Origin: Octopus bimaculoides
Taxonomy: Eukaryota
Assembly (NCBI RefSeq): GCF_001194135.2
Contig: NC_068997.1
Span: forward strand, 46,754,518 to 46,802,512
Direction: 5' to 3'
DNA: 47,995 bases
Made by a program: the position numbers and the translations under genes. This document shows, piece by piece, positions 1 through 10,554 of the stretch; position 1 is the first letter of the stretch, and every line of letters starts with the position of its first letter. The notes below the pieces were generated by a model. That model searched no databases, had not been told where the DNA came from, and worked only from the letters and a program-made list of their open reading frames with translations.

Positions 1-41
<41 letters not shown>
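1..41. repeat. (AT)n microsatellite
   Basis: Pure AT dinucleotide run; one of dozens in the window, most not listed individually. Confidence 0.99.
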
Positions 42-42
<1 letters not shown>

Positions 43-582
43 TTATGCATCTGCATATATAAGCTTTTGTACACCACAGGCATTTGCATATATAAACATG
101 TACACCACGTGTGTGCATGCATAAATATTTATATACACATTTACGCGATTGTTTTGTGTTTATGTAACACGCACATACATATTCACGCATACAGATTCAC
201 ATGTATACAATATATATGTACACATGCCTGTGTACATATACACACAACACATGTAGTGATACATGCATAGCTATACACATACACAAACGTTCATATCGAC
301 ACAAGGTGTGAGAAAAATACATATTGATAAGTTTATGGGATTATTAAAGATCGTGTTAATCTAATTAAGATATAAACTCGTTAATAACATATCTGCCTAA
401 TTAGTGGCAAAGTGACAAATATATGTAATAATTACCGTCATAGTTAATTACTGTTACTGACAAGCTAGCCATAGTTAATGCTTTATCAATATTACTGTAG
501 TTGTCATTGTTCCAAGAGTCGTCATATTGTTGTCGTTGATGTTACAGTCGTTATTTAAAATTATTGCAAGTGTGGTTGTGAA

Positions 583-875
583 TGTGTGTGGCTTAGTGGT
601 TAGGGAAATCGGATTACGATGGTAAGGTCAAGTGTTCGATTCCTGGTGGCGCGTTGTGTCCTTGAGCAAGACACTTTATGTCGTGCTGCTCCAGTCCACT
701 TAGCTGGCAAAAATGAGTGGTACCTGTAATTCAAAAGGACATTCTGTGTCATGCTGAATCTCTCAGAGAATTACATTAAGGGTACGCGTGTCTGTGGAGT
801 GCTCAGCCACTTGCACGATAACTTCATGAGCAGGCTGTTCGGTTGATCAAACACTAGTTGTCGTAACCGACGGAT
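583..875 (+). mobile_element. tRNA-derived SINE, head G + tail X
   Basis: A box TGGCTTAGTGG (589-599), B box GTTCGATTCC (634-643), CORE-like GTGTCCTTGAGCAAGACACT, tail ending GTCGTAACCGACGGA; paralogues at 13822 and 44781. Confidence 0.85.
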
Positions 876-1294
876 GAAATTAGTGATGCTGTGTTTACGT
901 TAGAAATAAGAACAGCCAACTGGTCACAAATAGTTCTCTGTCTTCCCAGAGCTAAATTTAAGCAAAATTCCCACAGAGCACAGCTCAGAGCCCCACGATC
1001 GACAGGAGACTTAAAACATTATTAATGGTATGAACGTTTTAAATTTTTGTGGGGCTAATTTTGTAACAAGGGGCTTCACAGCTTTATATAGCTTAGGGTC
1101 TCATCAAGAGTAAATTTAGCACGTGTACAAAAGCCTCTAGCTAACGTTTAACTTGTGAGCGGGAATTTGGTACAGTGGAAACTGTGTAGAAACCCATCAT
1201 GTATATACACTTTGTGTGTTTACGTCTATGTACGTGTGTGTGTGTGTACATATATATATATATACTATTTATACACATGCGCACATATAAACAA

Positions 1295-1336
<42 letters not shown>

Positions 1337-1351
1337 AGTCTGTTAAAGTCT

Positions 1352-1405
1352 GTCATACCGGCCATGACGAAGGGAAATAGCCCTGAAACTCGAGTCGCCT
1401 TTATA
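1352..1405 (+). ncRNA. Type I hammerhead-ribozyme-like motif (variant core)
   Basis: GGC-C(A)TGACGA-AGGG[AAATAG]CCCT-GAAA-C[TCGA]G-TC/GCC: stem II, GAAA, minimal stem III with palindromic loop, GUC cleavage triplet, stem I GGC/GCC. There is one extra A in the CUGANGA box. Confidence 0.55.
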
Positions 1406-1718
1406 TATTTATATTTATATATTTAATCCTTTATATTGAACACTCAATATTTCATCTACATTCAATACTTTCTTTCATGGTGCCATCCATTTTAATTTTA
1501 TTTTATATATTGTATATTATATTATATATTCCATATTCTATACCCCACATTGGTTCTGCAGGAATATAAATAAAACATAGAAAACAGACAGTGTTGNNNN
1601 NNNNNNNNNNNNNNNNNNNNNNNNNNNNNNNNNNNNNNNNNNNNNNNNNNNNNNNNNNNNNNNNNNNNNNNNNNNNNNNNNNNNNNNNNNNNNNNNNNNN
1701 NNNNNNNNNNNNNNNNNN

Positions 1719-1765
<47 letters not shown>

Positions 1766-3427
1766 CAGAGATAGATAGATACATAGATAGAAAGAGAGTG
1801 AGACAGAATTAGTGGCATTATATATGTGTGTCAGTGGTTTATTTTTCGAAATTCTTTTCATTTTTCCGACAGAGAAAAAGCTGGTTTCTAGCCTAGAAAC
1901 AAGACTCTTTCGGTGGAAGTAGGACAATATTACACAGAGTAGTCTTGGATGCATGCAATGTATGTATGTATGTATGTATGTATGTATAAGTTTCCTCTCA
2001 AACTGCAATATGTTGCAACTATATGATAATATCTAATGAACCAGTTTATTATTATTATAAGTAACACTCTTCCCTTGGTATTGAGTACATAGGAATTTGA
2101 ATTCAAATTCTTATGGCCTAAAATTAGCATCACGCTTGAAACTCAGAGTACCAAGGAATTTCAGTCAAACTGTTTTGATCCATACGTGTAACTCCCAATA
2201 AATGTGTTGAATGCCCTTCATTCGTTTGTGTGTGTGTGTATGTATAGAGAGAGAGAGGGGGAGAAAGAGAGAGGGGGAGAAAGAGAGAGGGAGAGAGGAG
2301 TAACAATACAAGTTCTTTGAAGACAGTTTTTCACCATAAATTTATACGCATCCACAAGGAAATCATCCATATTTACTTGTATATATCTCCTTGTTTTCTT
2401 TTCTATTTAAATAATAAGAGGAAGTGAGATAAAAACAAATCTGGAGTGACAAATCCGAAAGCGGATTCATGATTATAAGAAGATAAGAGAGGAAACCGCA
2501 CAAGAAGATAAACTCCGGATCAGAAAAGTTAAATACAACAATGACTAGATAAAACAACTTGAGCGAGCGCATAACCGACCATAACGACATAGTTATGACT
2601 GACATGATGTATTCTCACAGTATGTCTGTCTATAACCAGCATTTGTTAATCTTTTCTTTTCCTTATTTTCTCATATTTTGCTTATATTTTTTTCTTATAT
2701 TTCCCTCTGCTTATGTTATCACAACTTCGTCTTCTTATTTTTCTCCCTTCCTACCACTGCCACCACCGCCATGTTCGATAAAGTTGGGGGGAAAATAATC
2801 AACAACGTATTCTTGTATACAACATAAATTATTACATAATATTATCAGCCTTATATTAATTTAATATTAGCATCCATAAAAATCGACATTGTGGAAATAA
2901 TCTAGCAAAAAAAAAAAGATATAAAATAAAATGGAATAAAATGAAATAAAATAGAATAAAACAAACGAATGTAAAAAAAGTGCAAATGAGATAAAGATGA
3001 TTTTTTGCAACCCAAAGACAAATTCTTTCACCGATAGAATCCACAAATCTACTCCTGAGAATCTTGAGAAATCCCTCCACCTACCCCAGATTAAGGAATT
3101 ATGAAGTGAAGGGGAGGGGGACGGAGGAGGGTCTGTAGAGAGAATGTATTGAGGTGCTTGTTCTTGTGTTTGCTGTAGATAGGTAGGTGTTGTGTAGGTA
3201 GAGTGGTGGTGGTGGTGGGCTGGAGAGAGCTGCAGGTGTAGGTAGTTGTAGTGGTAGTAGTAATAGGATGAGAGAGCTAGGGATGGTGGTGGTGATGGTA
3301 GGACGCTAAAGTAAGGGTGGGCAGGATGCTGAAGGTGGTAGCGGTAAAGATGCCAAAAGTAGAGTTGTACCTGTTGAAGTAGGGAGTGGTGTAGTAGGAT
3401 GCTAATGGTGGTAGTGGTGGATACAGA

Positions 3428-3520
3428 CATCATCATTATCATCATTTAACGTCTGCTTTCTGTGCTGGCATGAGCTAGGTGGTTTGACAAGAGCTGGCAA
3501 GTCACAGGGCTGGGTCAAGC
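3428..3520 (-). mobile_element. SINE/LINE 3' tail fragment, family F/C ((GAT)n-ended)
   Basis: CATCATTATCATCATTTAACGTCTGCTTTC...GGTTTGAC matches the reverse complement of the tail at 10400-10558 and the copy at 45635. Confidence 0.7.
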
Positions 3521-3824
3521 CGTCTGCTAATAGAGAAACAGGTCCAGAAATAGCCGAAAACCGAGCTGGCTTAACTGAGGATGGCAACAGTAATTGCTGA
3601 AACTGACACATCAGGCTTAAGAACTCTCAGTCGGAATTTTTCGGACAATTATGGTCCCTGTTAGTGTATATGTTTCTATTCATGTGCGTTAACTACAGCA
3701 TTAGAACATTTTAGCTCCTATTTCTAGCAACCTAGGTGTTTTCTAACACCCTAGTCACATTTAGTGACGATTATGATTCTTCTTTTCCATGAAACATTGC
3801 AGCCTGCTGTTTACATTGATTTTG

Positions 3825-3862
<38 letters not shown>

Positions 3863-3864
3863 GT

Positions 3865-4249
3865 GAGTGGCTGTGTGGTAAATAGCTTGCTTAGCAACCA
3901 CATGGTTCCAGATTCAGTCTCACTGCGTGGCAACTTGGGCAAGTGTCTTCTACTATAGCCTTGGGCCGACCAAAGCCTTGTGAGTGGATATGGTAGATGG
4001 AAACTGAAAGAAGCCCGTCGTATATATGTATGTGTGCGTATATGTTTGTGTGCCCCCCCCACCCCTTCCAACATTGCTTGACAACCAATGCTAGTGTGTT
4101 TTACGTCCCCGTAACTTAGCGGTTCGGTAAAAGAGACCATAAGAATAAGTACTAGACTTACAAAGAATAAGTCCTGGGGTCGATTTGCTCAACTAAAGGC
4201 GGTGCTCCAGCATGGCAGTAGTCAAAATGACTGAAACAAGTAAAAGAAT
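3865..4249 (+). mobile_element. SINE head A + internal (TA/TG)n + tail B
   Basis: GAGTGGCTGTGTGGT...GGTTCCAGATTCAGTC...CTTGGGCAAGTGTCTTC...GAAAGAAGCCCGTCG, microsatellite, tail ending GGCGGTGCTCCAGCATGG...GAAACAAGTAAAAGA. Confidence 0.92.
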
Positions 4250-4259
4250 ATAATCAACA

Positions 4260-4402
4260 GGCTTCCGTACAGTTCCAGTAAACTAGATTCACTCACAAGG
4301 CATCAGGTGGCCTGGGGCTACAGTAGAAGACTCTTGCCCAAGGTGTTGTGCAGTGGGACCAAACCTGAAACCATGTGGTTACAAAGTGAATTTCATAGCC
4401 AC
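4260..4402 (-). mobile_element. SINE head A (diverged), tail-to-tail with the 3865 copy
   Basis: CACTCACAAGGC...GGCTACAGTAGAAGACTCTTGCCCAAGG...GAAACCATGTGGTT is the reverse complement of head A. Confidence 0.85.
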
Positions 4403-4494
4403 TATAAAGCCAGTGTTCGGAATGTTCAGTAAACTAACATGAAATTTTGATGGAAGGTAATTTAGATCATTTTAATGATCTAATTATTCTCTGT

Positions 4495-4632
4495 ACTAAG
4501 AATGCACAGGAAACAGACTTCCTCAAATGCCTTGGGGGATCCTTAGAAGTAGCAGATAACTTCTGTTACCAAGGTGGCCAAGTCAGCAGTGGAGGAGGAA
4601 GTTCTGAAAGCATAATTTCTAGAATAAGATGA
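4495..4632 (+). pseudogene. RTE-type LINE reverse-transcriptase fragment
   Basis: Translates TDFLKCLGGSLEVADNFCYQGGQVSSGGGSSESIISRIR*, resembling the RTE-clade LEVVDxFxYLGxxISxGGG...RIR motif at the end of the RT domain (FCYLG changed to FCYQG); truncated on both sides. Confidence 0.75.
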
Positions 4633-4654
4633 ATCACACCCTATGACTCATCTT

Positions 4655-4875
4655 CCTCATCATAGTCGTGATCATTTGACGTCCACTTTTCCATGCTTGC
4701 ATGGGTCAGACAGAATTTGTAGAAGCAGATTTTTTTACAGCTAGATGACTCCTCCTGGTTCCCAACCCTCACTGGTTTCCATGTCAGGTAATATTTATCC
4801 CATGGCCAGGCAGGGAAGTGAATAAAATTGCTTGCGTGACAACGATGCTCATTTACAACCATTACATGATGTCTA
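4655..4875 (-). mobile_element. SINE-like element, family E
   Basis: CATTTGACGTCCACTTTTCCATGCTTGCATGGGTCAGA...GGTAATATTT; paralogue at 20097-20300. Confidence 0.75.
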
Positions 4876-5129
4876 GATAAAGGTACTCACACACACACAC
4901 ACACACATATATACATATATATATACATATATATATATACAGAAACGTATGTACATTTATATATTTTATACATGGATTTTTTTTTAGGGATCACACAAAA
5001 AATGCAGAACACAAGTGAATTTAAGAAAAAATTACTATGGAGAAGACTGTCGAGGGATACCAGAAGGATGCTTGAGGGCCACAAGTGCCCCTGAGAGATG
5101 TGGTTGAGAACTGCAGCTATATTGGATAA

Positions 5130-5232
5130 ACATTAGATGAAACTTGAATAAAAGACAGGGTGGTCATGGCTAGAACACTTTCAGTCATAGGTCTACTCAA
5201 TGAGAGCAATCCTAGGGCTAAACAACAACAAT
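5130..5232 (+). mobile_element. Family H retroposon 3' tail
   Basis: GACAGGGTGGTCATGGCTAGAAC...CTAGGGCTAAACAACAACAA; paralogues at 14548-15465, 23905, 25800 and 30770. Confidence 0.65.
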
Positions 5233-5268
5233 GATAATGACAACCACTACCAAAACATTAGACAAACA

Positions 5269-5429
5269 GACATGGCTGTGTGGTAAGAAGCTTGCCTCTC
5301 AACCACATGGTTCTGGGTTCAGTCCCATTGCATGGCACCTTGGGCGAATATCTTCTACTATAGCCTTGGGCTGACCAAAGCCTTGTGAGTGGATTTGGTA
5401 GATGGAAACTGAAAGAAGCTTCGTCATGT

Positions 5430-5473
<44 letters not shown>

Positions 5474-5700
5474 ATGTGTGTTTGTGTGTGTGTGTTTGTC
5501 CCCCCATCATTGCTTGACAACCGATGTTGGTGTCTTTAAGTTCCTGCAACTTAGCAGTTCAGCAAAAGGGTTCGATAGAATAAGTACTAGGCTTATAAAG
5601 TATAAGTCCTGGGGTTGATTTCTTTGACAAAAACCATTTGAGGTGGTGCACCAGCATGGCCACAGTCAAATGATTGAAACAAGTAAGAGAACAAAAGAAA
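5269..5700 (+). mobile_element. SINE head A + (TA)n(TG)n + tail B
   Basis: Full-length copy collinear with 3865-4249. Confidence 0.92.
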
Positions 5701-5739
5701 AAACTACTTATCACAACACCACTGGTACATAGAGCCTAG

Positions 5740-6389
5740 GGTAACCCCCACCATTACAGCACACAACTACTACCAACACCACAACTTCTTCATTGTACTC
5801 TCGCCACCACTACACCACCATTACTAAACACGTCTACTACCACCACCACCACTACCACCCCAACTCTACTACTATCCACACTTTACACCACCATGCCACC
5901 CCCACCTTATACACCCTTCACTTCACATAACGACCACCACTACTACCACTAACACCAATAATTCATCTAATTGCTGCCACCACCACCACCACCACCACCA
6001 CCACCAAATAACACCGCCACTACCACCATCTCCAACAGCGCCGCCAAATCAATCCATTCCAAATTCTTGCCAAAAGTTAATAGCCAGTTGATGTTGGTAG
6101 ATGATGAAGACATATCTCTCTTTCACTCTCTCTCTCTATCTCTTCCTCACACACAAACACACAGATACACACTCACAGAACCAAATCATATTCAATCACA
6201 ACACACACACAAGATCTATGAACAGATAATACATCAGCACCAACAGACGTACATATTCTTTTCTTTAGACTTACGTATACACACACAAACAAAACAACAG
6301 AGGGAAACATTTACATGTGCATACACACTCCTATGTAAGAGCAGACAAACGTACACAAAGAGAAACACATCAACACACACACATAAGCA

Positions 6390-6449
<60 letters not shown>

Positions 6450-7010
6450 TATGTAAGACTACAGAAAACATGCACACAGAGGAACAAATATACACACATA
6501 TGTATCAGCACATAAATGCACAAAGAGAAACATTCATTCATACAAACACACACACAATGTGCATATCTGCTATGTTAGAGCAAACACATACCTACACACA
6601 TACATGTGCATACACACACGCACATACATGAACTTATAATAACATACACATTCTCAATAAAACCTACAAATACATACATAGTTACACACACCTAAACACA
6701 TACATGAGATTATATTTTTAAAAAAAGCACAAGGAGTACACACAGACACACAGACACACACACACACACACAGAGAAGAACCAAGATATATACATGCACA
6801 TACACACTTGCATGAATACAAAACATCTCATAAACACACTCATAAAAATCAACACACACTAACTCTTAAGATGAACCGATGTACACACACATACACACCT
6901 ATATCAATATGAAATAACCAATGTACATCTCATAAAAAGCAACGAATATATACACATATCTACACACAATGATTACATTTAAGAAAGCAACACATACACA
7001 CATGTTTATG

Positions 7011-7050
<40 letters not shown>

Positions 7051-7502
7051 CACACCACACAGACGAACCAATCTGTACACACACGTGCATACACCCCTGT
7101 ATTGATACAAAACAACCCATGTACATAATCCTAAAAACTAACAAACATGTAAACGCAATACTACATACACAATCACACACACAGATGAACCAGTCAATAC
7201 ATACATATGCATACACACTTATATTGATACAAATAACCAATGAACACACTTACAGAAATCAAACATATACATACATATCTAAAGGCACAGACACACAAAC
7301 AAGACACATACAATACACACACACATATGCACATGCATGCACGCACACTCAGAGAGAAACCAGTCTATAAACGCATGCACATACACATCAATACAGAACA
7401 ACCCAGGAGCATTTTCATAAAACCCAACAAGCGTACAAATATCTATATACACAAAGACTACATTTACAAGCAATACGCACACACACAGAGAAAAAAAAAA
7501 GA

Positions 7503-7542
<40 letters not shown>

Positions 7543-7870
7543 CACACACACAGACGCACACATACATATACATACACACACTAAGGAAATGATCTACACA
7601 CAAATACATACACATTTATACCAACACAAACCCATGAACAGCTTCATAAAACAACGACCAAACGTACATAGCTACACAAAGACTACACTTATGATCAACA
7701 CACACATACACACACACACACAAATACACAGTGGGGAAGCATGAATACACACTGATATCAACAGAAAATAACCCATGTATAGATTCATAAAAATCAACAT
7801 ACGTATGTATCCACACACACAAAGGCACACATGGAAAAATTACATTTACAAACACAACATAACAAACACA
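5740..7870. repeat. Degenerate ACC-rich then AC/AT-rich low-complexity tract
   Basis: Imperfect (CAC)n, (AC)n and (AT)n runs; the ORFs here are H/T/I/Y/P compositional artefacts. Confidence 0.9.
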
Positions 7871-7872
7871 TA

Positions 7873-8298
7873 CCCAGGGAACCATCATACAAACACCCAC
7901 TCCACTGTACCATACCCATACCCGTACCAGCCACCTAATGCAAGTTATTACCACATAAAAAGTCTATATGATAGCTGCAAATGAAAAGCGGGAAATCGTG
8001 TGTCTGCTGCCACACCGTCTTGGTGCAAGTGAACCGTGCAGTTTGTATTAACAACTGCAGTGTGAAATATTGCAACAGGATCAACAGTTTGTGTATATGT
8101 GAAGGGGGGGGGGTGATGAGCAGTTCTCTCCCCCTTACTGGAAAATTCATGTGATGGTTTCCATTTGACTAGGTATGAGACAGTATAAAGGATGATACTG
8201 AATCAGAGAGACCTTGATGTATTACTGGTACGGGTACCAGTGGCTGGTACTGGTACGGGTACGGTACAGTGGAGTGGGTGTTTGTATGGCTCCCTGGG
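7873..8298. mobile_element. MITE-like element with ~60-bp terminal inverted repeats
   Basis: 7873-7934 CCCAGGGAACCATCATACAAACACCCACTCCACTGTACC...GTACCAGCCAC is mirrored by 8240-8298; flanked by TA on the left and CA on the right. Confidence 0.7.
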
Positions 8299-8546
8299 CA
8301 TGACTCAGTGGATAGAGCATTGGGAACACAGTCATGAGGTAGTGAGCACGATTCCTGGCCTGGGCTGTGATGTGTTGTGGTCTTGAGCAAGACACTTCAT
8401 TTCAAGTTACTCCAGTTCACTCAGCTGTAAAGATGAGTTGCGACATCACAGATGCCAAGCTGTATCGACCTTTGACTTCCTTTTGGATAACATCGCTGAT
8501 GTGGAGAAGGGAGGCTGGCATATGTGAGTGACTTCTGGTCTTCCAT
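8299..8546 (+). mobile_element. tRNA-derived SINE, head G-like + tail Z
   Basis: TGACTCAGTGG A-box-like, GATTCC B-box remnant, GTCTTGAGCAAGACACTTCATTTC...CAGTTCACTCAGCTG core, then a tail unlike the copies at 583 and 42728. Confidence 0.75.
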
Positions 8547-8644
8547 CTTAGAGAGGAACTTTCTAGGTGCTATCCCATGGTCATTTTTGACCAAAGGGGA
8601 TCTCCTCATCCCCTTTATATAATATATACATACATATGGACATA

Positions 8645-9212
8645 CAGAGTACAGTGAATAAACTGTCATCTAAATTACGCAAAAATGAAAATAACATTGA
8701 CATCTCATTTTAACAGATATATTTACCAAACTTACATTAAAATATCTTGAAATACTAAAGAGGAAATCTATTCAATAAAACCGCCATTGGCTTCAACCAC
8801 AGCCTCCAGACAACTTTGGAATCTCTTGCAACTCTTCTGGATGGTCTCTTTGTTTAAGTTGGTGAATGCTGCCATAACCCTTGCCTTCAGTTCATCTTTG
8901 GTGTCAACAAGGAGTTTTGTTGGTTTCTTGCTCAACTGTGCCCCACACATAATAATCAAGGGGTTTGCAGTGTGGTGAGTTAGGTGGCCAGATGTTAGGG
9001 GTGATGTGGTCACAGAAATTGTCTGACAGCCATGACTGGGTTCTCCTCCTTGCGTGGCATGGTGCAGAGTCCTGTTGTCAGACACAAGGTCTTCCAACAG
9101 CCACCCTCTTGACCCAGGACAACACTACTTCCTCTAGGCACTTGATGTAGGCCTCTGTGCTGAGTCTGAGGTCGTATGGAAAGATGAATGGATGCATAAC
9201 ATCACCATCACT
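8645..9212 (-). pseudogene. Tc1/mariner DD37D (maT-type) transposase C-terminal fossil with 3' end
   Basis: Manual translation: SSDGDVMHPFIF...GRPCV*QQDSAPCHARRRTQSWLSDNFCDHITPNIWPPNSPHCKPLDYYVWGTVEQETNKTPC/frameshift/TKDELKARVMAAFTNLNKETIQKSCKRFQSCLEAVVEANGGFIE*. There are 37 residues between the D of QQDSAP and the D of PLDY. Probable terminus TA|CAGAGT at 8643-8650. Confidence 0.88.
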
Positions 9213-9231
9213 AGATAGATAGATAGATAAA

Positions 9232-9388
9232 ATGGGTTTCTTACAGTTTTCATCTACCAATTCACTCACAAACCTTTGGTAGACTGAAGGCTATAGTGGA
9301 AAAAACATGTCCAATGTGCCATGCAATGGGACTGAACATGGAGCCATGTGGTTGGGAGGCAGGCTTCTTACCACAGAGTCACACCTAC
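9232..9388 (-). mobile_element. SINE head A
   Basis: Reverse complement of head A, followed by (TATC)n that abuts the truncated transposase. Confidence 0.85.
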
Positions 9389-10016
9389 ACTCACATTACA
9401 TATTTCTATTAAAACTAAAAATAATGCAAGGTAAAGCTGACCCCGATGTAATTTGAACTGGAAAACATAAGTGAAGCGCAACTAAAATCTTGGAAGAGTA
9501 AATTAAAAATCTAATTAATAACAAAGTTTTTTTCTGTCATTTTTTTTTTGTTCTTTTTTCTTTCTTAATATTAGATAATTATAAACATTGTATATTTTAG
9601 AAATAACAGATCAAGCATGAAAATTAATGACAAACTCCCCTGATGAAAACTGAACTCCACATCCAACATTTGACTCACAGAATATTTCAACCATTACACC
9701 ATGAGCTGCATTGTAAGAGAACCATAATGTGATTACACAACAAGCTAGAAATAGCAGTCAAATTTCTCTCAAAATCATACTCTAGTGACCCCACCTCAAA
9801 AAAATAATGAAAAAAAGCAGACATATCATATCATATATCATACTAGATGGTATAGACCAGGGGCAACTGCAGGGTTCTGTCTGTGTGGGTTTCGGACCTT
9901 TTCTGAATGTTTTTCAAATTTAATGCATGAGTTCAGTGAGCAGTTGATGGCATTTTTATGATTAGACCACATAAAAACAAAACAGAGTTTAATGTCAAAG
10001 AGATTTCAATTCTTAC

Positions 10017-10173
10017 TGGTGCAGGTATGGCTGAGTACTTGAGATTCTTGGTTTTTAACCACATTGTTCCAAGTTCAGTCCCACTGCGTGACACCTTAGG
10101 CAGGTGTCTTCCACTAGAGCCCTAGGCTGAGCAAAAACTTTGGCAGACGAAAATTAAAAGAAGTCTGCTGAGT
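10017..10173 (+). mobile_element. SINE head A (diverged)
   Basis: GGTATGGCTGAGT...AAGTTCAGTCCCACTGCGTGACACCTTAGGCAGGTGTCTTCC. Confidence 0.8.
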
Positions 10174-10212
10174 ATTGCGTGTGTGTGTGTGTGTATATAT
10201 ACACACACACAC

Positions 10213-10554
10213 AGGTGCAGGAGTAGCTGTGTGGTAAGTAGCTTGCTTACCAACCACATGGTTCCGGGTTCAGTCTCTCTGTGTGGCATTTTGGGCAAGT
10301 GTCTTGTACTATAATCTCAGGCTGACCAAAGCCTTGTGAGTGGATTTGGTAGATAGAAACTGAAAGAGGCCTGTCGCCTGTATATATATATATATATACA
10401 CTCTCTGAGTGGTTGGCGTTAGGAAGGGCATCCAGCTGTAGAAACTCTGCCAAATCAGACTGGAGCCTGGTGTTGCCATCCGGTTTCACCAGTCCTCAGT
10501 CAAATCGTCCAACCCATGCTAGCATGGAAAGCGGATGTTAAACGATGATGATGA

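Noticed and set aside
586-660. tRNA gene calls at SINE heads (also 13822, 42728, 45010-45082)
   Set aside because: A and B boxes are present but there is no complete cloverleaf, and each continues into a repeated SINE body.
9850-10010. hAT-like start GTATAGAC|CAGGGGCAAC
   Set aside because: No matching right TIR or second TSD was found.
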